Source: an uncultured virus (IMG/VR IMGVR_UViG_3300035181_001618)
Lineage: Duplodnaviria > Heunggongvirae > Uroviricota > Caudoviricetes
Strand: one strand, 5' to 3'
Virus record (IMG/VR): IMGVR_UViG_3300035181_001618
Span: 1-64,000 of that record
DNA length: 64,000 nt
Below, piece after piece: positions 19,897 to 29,647 of this stretch. The stretch's first letter is position 1. Each line of letters starts with the position of its first letter. The position numbers and the translations under genes are program-made. The notes below the pieces were generated by a model, which worked only from the letters and a program-made list of their open reading frames with translations, was not told the DNA's origin and searched no databases.

Positions 19897-20254
19897 TGGA
19901 ACTCTCCGTTGGTGGGTTGACGCGCTCTTTGTGCGTCAGACATATTTATTGTACCCCAACCTTCGTTGGTTGTACACTGATTTTTGGAACTTTGTGTATG
20001 ACGGCTTGGTTCTTCATGCGCTTGAGCACAAGCACCTCAGCTTCAAGCTTTTCTAGCCGAGCGATGTTGATGACATTGACGCTGAGCTGAGCTTTACTGT
20101 TGTCAAAATCGGTACAGCATCGGAAAGCGGGCGGCAGATCAATGAGGTTCACATCTCAACGACAGCCACTGAAGAGCAATGCGACACCTCGGTGACATCT
20201 CGGTGATCTTCAGCAGCAGCTGGGCCGTCACCTCGGCATCGGCCATCGTCGGCG

Positions 20255-20617
20255 TCACTCTGGGCTCTTGCACTTAGGCACGGTGACCTCATGGACCCAC
20301 ATCGCTTGCTTGTATAGCTTGCAGAATGCGAGCAGCTGCATGACCGGGTGGCCGAGCAGGTTATGCAAGGCCCATGCGTGGCGAGCGAAGCGAAGGTGTT
20401 GGCCTTCAACCACCGACGGGTGCAGGATGTAGGCGGCTTCCAGGGCGTGGGACCCTGAGAGCGGCAGCACCTCGCCGGTTGTTAGCGTCACCCTGGCCTT
20501 GAGCTCGGCGATGCGGCTGAAGTCAGCTACCGCTACGAGCGAGTAGCGGAAGACGCCGACGTCGCTCTTGCCGAAGTCAGTCAATCTCGGCATGGTCAAG
20601 GTTGAAGCTGTTGACAT
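20255..20617 (-). CDS. hypothetical protein
   Basis: WALHNLLGHPVMQLL...WVHEVTVP motif. Confidence 0.55.
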   Translation of the reverse strand: MSTASTLTMPRLTDFGKSDVGVFRYSLVAVADFSRIAELKARVTLTTGEVLPLSGSHALEAAYILHPSVVEGQHLRFARHAWALHNLLGHPVMQLLAFCKLYKQAMWVHEVTVPKCKSPE

Positions 20618-20849
20618 TGAGCGCTACGAGCAGCAAGTCCTTGGACAGGAAGCCCTTGTGGGTGTCACGGGCGACGACGATGTACCAGTCAGCCGACTCT
20701 GTGAAGAACGGCTCCGGGTCAACCTGGTCGTAGCGGTACACGTTCCAAAGGGTGTCACCGTCATCCAGCGTCAGGGTGTTGATGATGTAAGGCGCGTCAT
20801 CCTTCTCGAGGATGAGGCCAGGGCGAAGTTGGGCAAGCTTGAGCATCAC
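20577..20849 (-). CDS. hypothetical protein
   Basis: 90-aa ORF coupled to the upstream pseudogene stop. Confidence 0.5.
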   Translation of the reverse strand: MMLKLAQLRPGLILEKDDAPYIINTLTLDDGDTLWNVYRYDQVDPEPFFTESADWYIVVARDTHKGFLSKDLLLVALNVNSFNLDHAEID

Positions 20850-22092
20850 TGCACGCTTTCAGGAATCAAGCCACCGGTCTTGCTGGCGAGCTCGAAGTTG
20901 TCGGTGATGAACTGCTTGACCTTCCAAGCAGGCGTATGGCGGTCGAAGACGATGTTGGGGGCCGTGGTCCTCGAGGTAGACGACCTTCAGCCGGTCACCG
21001 TCGCCGAGGTCAACGACCTGCAGCCCGTCGGCGGTGTTCTGGCCGCATTGATGCGAGCCGCACTCGTTTTGCCACTGGGACCGAGTGGCAATGTCGTAGG
21101 TCCGCTTAGCGGGGCAGTGGAAGTGGACGATGCAGTCCACGTCTTGGTGCTTGCTGAAGACGATGCGCTGCGACTGGCCACCGACTGAGGGCTTGAAGCC
21201 ATGTGCCACGACGGAGTCATGGCCAGAGCTCACGATCTTGACCATGCCGACCTTGGCCAGCTCGTTAAAGTTGGACTTGCGGATGCTAGTCAGCACCTCG
21301 GTGTCGCTGAGCTTGACGGCGAAGTGGCCGGCGGTCTTGCCGAGCACGGTCTTGCAGAAGTCCACGACCTCGCGGAGGTTGACAGGCACCAGCTCAGAGT
21401 TCCAGGGTACCGCATCGCCAGGCACGACCGTGCTGCGGGTGAAGGTGTTGGTCATGCGAGACAGCATGATCTCGACCAGCGTATTGAGAGCGTAGGTGCG
21501 GTCGGTGGTCGGTGTGTATTGGGTCTCTTCAGGCGCGATGATGACGTTGCGCCTCGTGATCGTATCGTTGGCCAGGACCAGGTTGAGCGAGTTGGTCTTC
21601 AGCAGCCTGAGGTCTGCCGCATACTGCTCACCTGGATTGGCGTCCGTCGTGGTCTTGAAGCCGACGACGAAGATGTCCTTGCGCGTCTTGCGGATCTTGC
21701 CGATGAGCTTAGGCGCCGGCCGAAGCGTCATCACTTGCTCCCCGGCATCCGTGCGAAGCCGTTCTGCTTGCCTGAGGCGACACGGCGTTCATCGACATGG
21801 CCGTCAAAGTCCACGAGCGCTGGGTTGAAGATGATGGCGCGGACATCAGGGTGGCGATGAGCTTGTCAAGCAGCTTGTCGACATCCTCATTGGTGACCAG
21901 CTTCGAGGTCGGGTCCGCCATCTTGGTCAGGTAAAGGTCAACGCCGTAGAAGCGTTGGCCCCTCTTCCTGACCTCGGCCCTGAGGGTTTCGGCTAGCGTA
22001 CGCGCCGTCTCCCCGAAAGCAGAGGCGCAGAGGCTCAGGTGGTTTCGTACGTGGGAGAATGTCCCACCGCCAATCACGATGATCTTTGGCAT
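20846..22092 (-). pseudogene. phosphopantothenate-cysteine ligase (CoaB/DFP-like) fused to class II aldolase-like domain, disrupted
   Basis: VIGGGT; FNPALVDF (shifted frame); VGFKT, NLVLAND; then GHFAVK, KPSV, CIVHFH. Frameshifts near 21852, 21765 and in a 5-nt homopolymer at 20957-20961. Confidence 0.7.
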
Positions 22093-22154
22093 CGCAATCC
22101 TCACAGTTAGTTAAGCTATGAGGATTGTAACCGCTAAAGCGGCTTGGTGTAAAC

Positions 22155-22358
22155 CTATCTCGGCCGCTTTCGGCTGACCTTGCGCAGCTTTGGCTTGGCA
22201 CTATTTTTCTCGGCAAGCTGTGTCAAGCCTGCTCGAATCTCAGCACGCAACTGTTCATTGATGCGCTTGTCATGCTCATAGCCGTCGCGGGCCTTGATGC
22301 TGATCGCCATCTCAAAACCTAGGATAGCGACCATGAAGATGAGGAATCCTATCTCCAT
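22155..22358 (-). CDS. small membrane-anchored protein
   Basis: Hydrophobic N-terminus, basic C-terminus; AGGAG SD. Confidence 0.55.
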   Translation of the reverse strand: MEIGFLIFMVAILGFEMAISIKARDGYEHDKRINEQLRAEIRAGLTQLAEKNSAKPKLRKVSRKRPR

Positions 22359-22571
22359 GACAATCCGGCTCCTTGGACGAGCGGCAGCGTTGCGCCGAGC
22401 AGCTCTTGCAGGGTTGGGTGCAACGGGATGCCATGCCGTTGGCAGACGATTTCGACATTACCGTAGCGCCAGAACTCAGGCGCACAGCTGACATAGACCT
22501 TGTCGGAGGTAGCGAACAAGCCGAGCGCTACGCCGCCATGCTGGGCGACTTGGTCTTGGAGTCAAAGTGCA

Positions 22572-22970
22572 TCAGCACCATGTTGGGTACTTGATGTGAG
22601 CTGTCAATGAGAGGCCTCGATGCGTCCTGCACGCAACCTTGCTCACCAAGAATGAGCCCAGCCTCGAGTCTATGTAGGCGGCCTCGATTGTATCATATGA
22701 GCTTAGCTCGTGAACCGTTAGCATCGGCGTTGAGCTTGAGCTTAGCGCGCATAAGCCGTCAAACAGCTCAACGTACGGCCCGCCGCTAAAGTTCAGTACG
22801 GTGCCGGTCAGGACGTTGCCGTCGGTGCTGCCAATCAGCGTCTGAGACATGCTCGCATCCGTGATGTGCACATTTGCCGAGGTGAGGGCGAGGAAACCCT
22901 TGATCGCCGTCGGTACGTGCCTAAACCTAAGAAGCAGCTTGTAAGCCGCTTCGTGGGAGAAGTCAAGCAT
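22572..22970 (-). CDS. hypothetical protein
   Basis: Likely start MLDFSHE overlapping the kinase stop. Confidence 0.4.
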   Translation of the reverse strand: MLDFSHEAAYKLLLRFRHVPTAIKGFLALTSANVHITDASMSQTLIGSTDGNVLTGTVLNFSGGPYVELFDGLCALSSSSTPMLTVHELSSYDTIEAAYIDSRLGSFLVSKVACRTHRGLSLTAHIKYPTWC

Positions 22971-23544
22971 CGATGCTGGTGTACCAGGCGGCTTTGAGGT
23001 AGGCTTGGGAGACAGCATCGATGATCTCCGCTTGGTCGATGAAGTGGCCCTGTCGTCCTACATTGATGAGCGCCTTGTGGCTGATCTTGGAGCGGCGGAA
23101 GGCGGTGATGAAGTCCTCTTGCTCCTCCTTGCGCTTGCCCCAGTCAAAGCCGAGGCCGTCATCGACGAGCCTTGCTTCGAGGTCCACGTCATGATTGACG
23201 AGCAGGACGAGCAGGGTGTTGTCAACGCCCTTGCCTTGCTCGAGGTCGAGCACGTAGCTGCCGTCATAGCCGCGATAGCGATGGGCATAGACCATCTCGC
23301 CGAGGTGGCCGCGGTCCATGATGACCCGAGCGTCCGAAGCGAGAAGCTTGAACATGCCACCGAAGGAATCGCGCTGGTAGAACTCGTGCGCCTTGCCCCG
23401 CCCGACTCGTAGCTCGTAGTAGGACAGCAGCTCAGGCTTGCTGTAATGCAGGCTGGTGAAGTGGCCGAGCCGTTGCTTAAGGTTGTCAACAAGCGTGCTT
23501 TTACCAAGCCTGTCCAAACCTTCACAAATTATGTTTTGCAGCAT
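22963..23544 (-). CDS. thymidylate-kinase-like NMP kinase
   Basis: IICEGLDRLGKST P-loop; MDRGHLGEMVY. Confidence 0.85.
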   Translation of the reverse strand: MLQNIICEGLDRLGKSTLVDNLKQRLGHFTSLHYSKPELLSYYELRVGRGKAHEFYQRDSFGGMFKLLASDARVIMDRGHLGEMVYAHRYRGYDGSYVLDLEQGKGVDNTLLVLLVNHDVDLEARLVDDGLGFDWGKRKEEQEDFITAFRRSKISHKALINVGRQGHFIDQAEIIDAVSQAYLKAAWYTSIDA

Positions 23545-24427
23545 ATTTTTCAACTCTTTTTAACTTACTATTGTCAATGACAATTGTTTGATCAGCCATC
23601 AACTTTATCAACTTAGCATATGAGATTTTATTCACATTCTCATCCGAGAGCAATTTTATTCTCTTCCCAGTAGCTCGTACTGCATCAAGTTTAGCTAGGA
23701 CCTCTCTAGATCTGCTAAGCGATTTCGGTTTGATTTCGATGTACTCATCAGTTGCCGGTAGATAGAAATCAGGGAAGTATGATCGTTCTCTTCCGTCTAT
23801 CATATATTTGAAACGATGATTTTTAGACTCTGCTGATATCCAAACTATGCTATTTGCTTCTAACATGAGCATCATTGATAACTCAAGCAAGCTGCGAAAA
23901 TAGAAGTTTTTGTAGTGACCGCTAATACCACACCCGGCCTTCTTTGGTGTAGGTTGACCGTACATTGGATTGCCAGAACCGCTATTGCGAATTGACATGT
24001 TAAGTTTCATGTCAGCTGCTTTTTCTATTCCGAACAAATCCTCCCATTTTCCTCTGAGAGGTCTATCCGCGAATCCGCGTGATAATTTGCCACCAAAGTT
24101 TGGATTATTTTTCCCAGATCTTTTAGCTGTATACTCCGTTTTGATTCGTTTTGCCTTAGTCTCACCCACGATTTCTTCTAAGCGTTTATTTTTGGTTGCC
24201 AATCGCCCAGCCTCTCCAGCGATTGCATAATCCTCTTGTGTCTTGGTCTTGTTGGTTCTTCGTGTTGCACAAGGCTTACAAATATGGAATCCGTTCCATC
24301 GTTGTTCGCTGTTACGAATTTGATTGAATGTTCTAAGTTGTTCTATTGTGCAGTCATCACAAGCAACTTTCCATAGCCTAATAGCTCTGTCAAACTTTTG
24401 TGATGTATCAATAATCTCTAATAGCAT
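23522..24427 (-). mobile_element. free-standing TnsA-like PD-(D/E)xK endonuclease with Zn-ribbon and NUMOD3-like motifs
   Basis: CDDC/CKPC; SGKNNPNFG and SGSGNPMYG; FRSLLE..YFPDF..IEIKP; markedly AT-rich relative to flanks. Confidence 0.8.
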
Positions 24428-24478
24428 AATACCTCCTACAAATATGTATCTGTAGAAGGCATTGACCGATTAGATATT

Positions 24479-24967
24479 TTATGCGTTGAACAACAGCCGA
24501 CAAATTTCAGCGGCGTCTTCGAGATTGTACACCTTCCACGAGATTGCCTCATTTAGCATAGCATGCTCATGAATGTCTCGCGGTGCGGTACCAGGAGCGT
24601 AGACGGCTGGGTCTGGCGTTCCTGGCTCGTCAAAGATGGCGATCACAGGCTTGTTGCGGTCCCAAGCCCAAGCGATCTCCATGACGGTGCCAATGCTAAC
24701 TCGTTGAGCACCCTGGAAGTTGACCACGACGGCGTCTGCGCTGCGCACATCAAAGGCGTCCCTGACCATGATCGCCTTGGCTGTGCTCATGCGATGCTGC
24801 ATGTAGCTGTCGGCGATCATGCGGTCACCCTTGAGGTACTCCTTGCCCCGAAGCGGACTGTAGCACTGGACATTGGGAATCTCGAAGGCTTTGAACTTGT
24901 CACGCCAATTTTCGGACTCTCCCCAAGAACAGCCCGTAATCGGGCCTGCAAGGTAGATCTTATGCAT
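24479..24967 (-). CDS. nucleoside 2-deoxyribosyltransferase-like protein
   Basis: IYLAGPI, SPLR, RD..DV..AD, SIGTVMEIAWA, KPVI. Confidence 0.85.
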   Translation of the reverse strand: MHKIYLAGPITGCSWGESENWRDKFKAFEIPNVQCYSPLRGKEYLKGDRMIADSYMQHRMSTAKAIMVRDAFDVRSADAVVVNFQGAQRVSIGTVMEIAWAWDRNKPVIAIFDEPGTPDPAVYAPGTAPRDIHEHAMLNEAISWKVYNLEDAAEICRLLFNA

Positions 24968-24971
24968 TATT

Positions 24972-25247
24972 TCAGCCCATCAGCTGAATGCGGGAGGTCT
25001 GTTGGAGGTAGGCCTTCTCGATGTCCGCACGCGGCTCAAATAGGGCTGCCACCTGGTTACGGTCAATCGTGACCGTGGCGTCAGGAGCGGACAAAAGCCA
25101 AGGCATGAATCCCAAGCCGACACCATTTTCATTCTCTTGAATGCCGATGGCTCGCGGCGACTCGATGGTGACCGTGGTATCGGTCTCGGAGGCCAGGCGG
25201 CCGATGATTTCGTCACCTTGCGGGAACTTGATTGCGATGATCTTCAT
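24972..25247 (-). CDS. conserved small phage protein (Sm-like fold)
   Basis: IKFPQGDEIIGRL...FMPWL...YLQQTS. Confidence 0.65.
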   Translation of the reverse strand: MKIIAIKFPQGDEIIGRLASETDTTVTIESPRAIGIQENENGVGLGFMPWLLSAPDATVTIDRNQVAALFEPRADIEKAYLQQTSRIQLMG

Positions 25248-25271
25248 GATGTTATTTCCGATACTGTTAGG

Positions 25272-26114
25272 TTAAGAGTTGAGCCAGGCGGTGAAGTCGC
25301 CCGGCTTGGAATCCTTGCTGATGTTACCTAGCAGGTAGATTACCTCGCTAGCGTCACGGATGCGGGGTACTTCGATGGGCGTGAAGGCCGAGCCTGCATT
25401 GATTTCCTTCACCATGTCGAAGTGCCTCTCGTAGTAGTGGAACGAGTCGGCGATGTGGTGGTAAGAGCCCATCTGCAGGTCAGGGTAAGCGAAGTCACGC
25501 AGACAGACGTAGACCATCTCTTGAATCAACGAGAAAGCCGGCGCGTCATTGCCCATGCCGAAGACAGCGTCCTGACTGCGCATGTGCACGCTCATCTTTA
25601 GCTCGTTGTCGCGGATGCGGAAGTTGAGGGCGTAGGTGCAAGGAAAGTCCTTGGTCGCTGGGTTGAGCAGGTGGCTGCGATTGAGGATGGTCGCCGAGGC
25701 ACGGCGAGAGTCCTTGTCGCGCTGCAGCTCAGCGATGATCGCCGAGAACTGGCTCTTGTGCGCCAACGGAACTCCGATGCTCAACGGCGTGCGCCACTGA
25801 TCATCACCACGACCGAAGACGTGAGCGCCGTAGTGCGAGTTGATGGTGCCGTCGGGGTTGGGCAGCTCTTGCCAGAGAGAGGCGGCGTCCACGATGCTGA
25901 GGTCAAACGGGTCGGCCTTCAGGTACCAGAGAAGCTCTTTCTTGACGTAGCCAAGCTTCAGCTTGCGAGCGTCAAAGTTGGCGAAGCGAGCATAAGGCGG
26001 CAGCTCGTAAGCATAGTTCTCGACCTCGATGACCTTCTGGCCACGGGGTGAGCACTCTTGGCCGGCAGCGACATCAGCGTAGATCTTGCGGAATGCTTGT
26101 TCAATTTCAGACAT
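25272..26114 (-). CDS. thymidylate-synthase-family enzyme, dCMP hydroxymethylase (T4 gp42)-like
   Basis: ELLWY, INSHYG, DKDSRRA, DFPCT, MRSQDAVFGMGND, SFHYYERHF. Confidence 0.85.
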   Translation of the reverse strand: MSEIEQAFRKIYADVAAGQECSPRGQKVIEVENYAYELPPYARFANFDARKLKLGYVKKELLWYLKADPFDLSIVDAASLWQELPNPDGTINSHYGAHVFGRGDDQWRTPLSIGVPLAHKSQFSAIIAELQRDKDSRRASATILNRSHLLNPATKDFPCTYALNFRIRDNELKMSVHMRSQDAVFGMGNDAPAFSLIQEMVYVCLRDFAYPDLQMGSYHHIADSFHYYERHFDMVKEINAGSAFTPIEVPRIRDASEVIYLLGNISKDSKPGDFTAWLNS

Positions 26115-26128
26115 AGATTTGATTGTAT

Positions 26129-27217
26129 TCAGCTGTTGTAGAATGTGATGTTTGTTTTGAGCCTTTCAATAACCTGCTCAGGCTCTTGCAGCTTCAACGC
26201 CCGCTCATAAGCCAGTCGGCCGTGCTCAAGCGCCTTGCTCTTGAAGCCGATGTTCCAAGCTCCGAGCGCCGCATAGTCATACGGCAAGTAGCCCCATGCC
26301 TCTGGATCGCTGATGTAGGTACGGCCTTGCTCGCCGGTCTTCAGGGTTGCTTCGGCTGAGCTGTATAGCAGGTTGAAGTCCTTCAGCAAGTAGGCGACCT
26401 TGGCTAGCTCGTACCACGGCTCGCGGTCATTAGGTGCTTCAGCGCACGCCTTCAGCGCCCAGACCTTGGCGGCCTCATAGTCACCTCTGAACATGTGGCA
26501 GCGACTGATGAACCGCATCGATGCCGCGCGCTCGGAGGCCCACGTAGCCGACGGCAAGCTCAGGTGACGTTGCAGCTCTGTGATAGCCTTGTCGTAGTGG
26601 CCATAGTACATATACTCACGGCCCAGATAATGGCAGCTGCGGTCATCATGCGGCTCCTCCTTGACAGCTAGCTCGAGCAGCGGCAGGTAGGATGACCTGC
26701 TCTTGGACACGTCTGGGTAGTGGTGAAGCATGAACTCCTCCGACCACGCTTGCACCTCGGGCTCGTTGTAGAGCTGAAGGATTTCGTGCACAGGCTTGAC
26801 CCAACGGTAGTTCTTGCGCTGGTGGATCTTGTCGTAGTAGAATGTGGTAGCCGGCGTATCGTCGGCGTTGTGGCTCCATGCGTACTTGTAACGTAGGCGT
26901 GTCGTGCCAGGCACCCAAGCCCTCTCCACGGCCGCCCGCCAGCCGGGTGTCAGGACCTCGTCAAGGTCGATACAGACGCAGATGTCGGTGCTTGCAGGCA
27001 CCATAGCGAGCGAAGCGTTGCGCGGCGTGTCAAAGCGCCACGGAGAGAAGACGCCCGTCTTGACTATAGCGCCGCGTGCTCGGAGCTTTTTTACCGTGTC
27101 GTCTGTGGAGCCCGTGTCAAGCACGTAGACATCATCAGCCTCATTGACCAGGCAGTCCATGAAGCGGTTCACATGCTTGGACTCATTGAGGGCAATTGTA
27201 TAAACAGAAACTTTCAT
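26129..27217 (-). CDS. GT2 glycosyltransferase with C-terminal TPRs
   Basis: YTIALNE, LDTGSTDDT, WRFDTPRNASL, DLDE, VHE, followed by TPR-like helices (YLGREY, EPWYELA). Confidence 0.9.
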   Translation of the reverse strand: MKVSVYTIALNESKHVNRFMDCLVNEADDVYVLDTGSTDDTVKKLRARGAIVKTGVFSPWRFDTPRNASLAMVPASTDICVCIDLDEVLTPGWRAAVERAWVPGTTRLRYKYAWSHNADDTPATTFYYDKIHQRKNYRWVKPVHEILQLYNEPEVQAWSEEFMLHHYPDVSKSRSSYLPLLELAVKEEPHDDRSCHYLGREYMYYGHYDKAITELQRHLSLPSATWASERAASMRFISRCHMFRGDYEAAKVWALKACAEAPNDREPWYELAKVAYLLKDFNLLYSSAEATLKTGEQGRTYISDPEAWGYLPYDYAALGAWNIGFKSKALEHGRLAYERALKLQEPEQVIERLKTNITFYNS

Positions 27218-27771
27218 TATTCGGTCCTTGGAAATTTACGTCCTAGATTATGCTTGTCTCGACCTTCATCGCGGCGGTTTTGGCGTGCTTCTGTTAGTTT
27301 TGCAATGTGCTCAGCACTGAAGGGCAATTTCTTCCCTATCCGAGATGTTGACATTTTGGCACGGGTTTCTGCGGATGCGGTTGTGCCTATTTTAGCTTGC
27401 CACATTTTCTCAGCATGCTCGGGGCTTTTAGGAATGCCTTTCATTGAAGCCGACATTCGTGCCCGCGTTTCAGCTGATCGTTTAACGCCGCGCTCACCGC
27501 CACCTTCACCACCGATTTTCAAATTCATGCATAGGTCATCGGCAATTAACGCATGTGTGACGATTTCGCGTTCACGTCGCTTTACTTCATCTAAGCTCTG
27601 GCAATACTCGAGGATGATCTTGGCATGTTGATCCGATCTATATTTTTCAATAGACCTACGGATCAACTTCCCAGAGCCCAAATAGCCATCTTCGAGCTTC
27701 TTGGTAGTATGCATGCCGATGTAATATCGACCTGTAACTAAACAAGTAGTTTTGTAGATGTAATGAAACAC
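27217..27771 (-). mobile_element. GIY-YIG homing endonuclease (Seg-like) with NUMOD3 repeats
   Basis: YIYKTT..YYIGMH..YLGSG; SAETRARMS, SAETRAKMS, SAEHIAKL. Confidence 0.9.
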
Positions 27772-27774
27772 TAC

Positions 27775-29541
27775 TTAGGTCTTCCGTTCTGCCTCTGAGG
27801 CTTTGAATGTTGCTGGATCGATGGCGGCGCCGAGCGCGTTCATCACCGACAAGTACTCATCGGCGCCGATCGAGCCCGCGTTATAGAGCTTGAGCAGCTC
27901 GCCGCCTGCATTGTAGACAAAGTTAGGTGGCTCCCAGTCCACCTTCTCTTCGAGCATCGCCTTGAACTCAGGCGTCCACACGTCCTCGCGCCGCATGTAG
28001 CCTTGGGTGGGTTGTTCACAGCGAAGAGCTGCATGCCAGGCGTTCTGTGCTGGCCTGGCATGCCGTTCAAGCATCTCAGCCCACAGCACGAAGCTTTCAC
28101 GGATTCGCTTCAGCTTGGTTGAGCTTTCGAGCTCAACCAAGGCCTTGTCGATGTCGCCCTTGTGCTCATAGAGGCCTGCTTTACGCCAGCAGATGAACGC
28201 CTTGTCAGCCTCAGGCTGTTGGCCGCAAGTTTCAAGGGCTGCCAGAGCCTCATCAATTCGTCCGGCTGCAGCGAGGTCGCTCGATAAGAAGGACCACAGC
28301 TTCCAGTCGGTCGGGTCCTCTTTGACAGCCTGTTCGAGCAGCGGCAAGTAGGATGACCTGCTCTTGCTATTGTCAGGCTGTTGCTTCATCAGCAGGCCAG
28401 TGCGCCAGATCGCGCAAGCTTCATTGCTCGCTACCAGCTTCTCATGCACTGGGTGGAACCAGCGGTAGCCGAACCGGCTATGGATCCGCTCATGGAAGTG
28501 GTTCGAGACGTTCGGGGCTTCGTCAGGCTTGTCCCAGTTCCAGTGGGTCGAAAACGAGTGGTAGACCCGGTCGATGATTTTACCTTGCCAGAAGGTGTCC
28601 CACCACGCTTTGCGCAGGTCAGGCACGAATGAGCCTTCGAGAGTCTCATCGGCATCGATTGAGATGCACAAGTCGATGTCGCTCGGCATGAAGCTGAGCG
28701 CGGCGTTGCGCGCGTCATCAAAGCGCCAAGGAGAGACGCAAAGCTCGTGCACTTGCATCTCTGGGCCGAAGTCAGGCGACTCGGCATACGTATTGAGCCT
28801 GGCAAGCGTGTCATCGGTCGAGCCGGTGTCGCAAGCGATAACGACATTGCAGTCATCCAGGCTGTCTAAGCAACGATTGATGAACTCACCCTCGTTCTTG
28901 CAAATCAGGTAAGCGCCAATGCTAGGTCGAAGCGTGCCGTAGATATGCGATGCGTAGTAGAAGCCCACGCCGATCTCATTATCTTGCACAGCCCGTGATG
29001 ACCACGGCCCAATGTGACCGCTCTTGACAGACTCGGGCATTAACGCCAGCTCTAGCTCCTTAAGGGTCAACCAGGTGTCAACGTGCGCTTCGTGCGGGTT
29101 GCCCAAGTACTCGCCTTGGGGGTAGTCGCCGATAGGCACCGACACAATCAGCATGCCACGTTCGCTGAGCAGCTGCTTCGCCATGTTGAGCACGTACAGC
29201 GCAACAGGTCGTGTCATGTGCTCAAGCACGTCACCGATGAAGATCAGGTCGAAGCGCTGAAGATGCTGCTGTTCGGTGAGCAGCCAAGCCATGGCTGACT
29301 GCGCGTCCTGGATTAGCAGCTGGTCATATAGCTCGTTGAGGCCAAACTGTTCGACATACGGCTCCCAGATTTCAACCCCTGTCCAAGCGATCTTTGGAAA
29401 GAGCTGGTTGACGAGCTTCGGGTAGGTCCCACTACCCGCACCAATGTCGAGAGCTTTGAGCTCTTCATTCTTGCGACGGCTTGCGAGCCGTTGGAGGACG
29501 GCTTTGATGATCGGCTTACCCGATTCTGAGCTATACGGCAT
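27775..29541 (-). CDS. SAM methyltransferase - GT2 glycosyltransferase - TPR fusion
   Basis: LDIGAGSG, GVEIW, GDVLEH; ICKNE, DTGSTDDT, WRFDDARNAAL, DADE, VHE; TPR-like helices. Confidence 0.9.
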   Translation of the reverse strand: MPYSSESGKPIIKAVLQRLASRRKNEELKALDIGAGSGTYPKLVNQLFPKIAWTGVEIWEPYVEQFGLNELYDQLLIQDAQSAMAWLLTEQQHLQRFDLIFIGDVLEHMTRPVALYVLNMAKQLLSERGMLIVSVPIGDYPQGEYLGNPHEAHVDTWLTLKELELALMPESVKSGHIGPWSSRAVQDNEIGVGFYYASHIYGTLRPSIGAYLICKNEGEFINRCLDSLDDCNVVIACDTGSTDDTLARLNTYAESPDFGPEMQVHELCVSPWRFDDARNAALSFMPSDIDLCISIDADETLEGSFVPDLRKAWWDTFWQGKIIDRVYHSFSTHWNWDKPDEAPNVSNHFHERIHSRFGYRWFHPVHEKLVASNEACAIWRTGLLMKQQPDNSKSRSSYLPLLEQAVKEDPTDWKLWSFLSSDLAAAGRIDEALAALETCGQQPEADKAFICWRKAGLYEHKGDIDKALVELESSTKLKRIRESFVLWAEMLERHARPAQNAWHAALRCEQPTQGYMRREDVWTPEFKAMLEEKVDWEPPNFVYNAGGELLKLYNAGSIGADEYLSVMNALGAAIDPATFKASEAERKT

Positions 29542-29577
29542 GTGTATCCTATTCTATAGCTGTCAGCCCTCTATGCA

Positions 29578-29583
29578 TAAATA
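29578..29583 (+). promoter_or_regulatory. TAAATA late promoter at the head of the fibre block
   Basis: The same hexamer recurs upstream of genes at 8760, 12873, 32989, 38308, 40715, 54698, 55139 and 62187. Confidence 0.6.
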
Positions 29584-29647
29584 GAGGGATTGACCGACAG
29601 ACATTATATCTATGGCTGTCACATAGAAGCATTTTAAGAGGGTCTTC

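Noticed and set aside
15345..22092. Programmed ribosomal frameshifting in the CoA genes
   Set aside because: Several shifts per gene plus a deletion and a P-loop substitution, with no slippery heptamer seen; decay or assembly error is more parsimonious
23522..24427. Tn7-like transposon implied by the TnsA-like domain
   Set aside because: No TnsB/TnsC or terminal repeats; NUMOD3-like motifs fit a homing endonuclease
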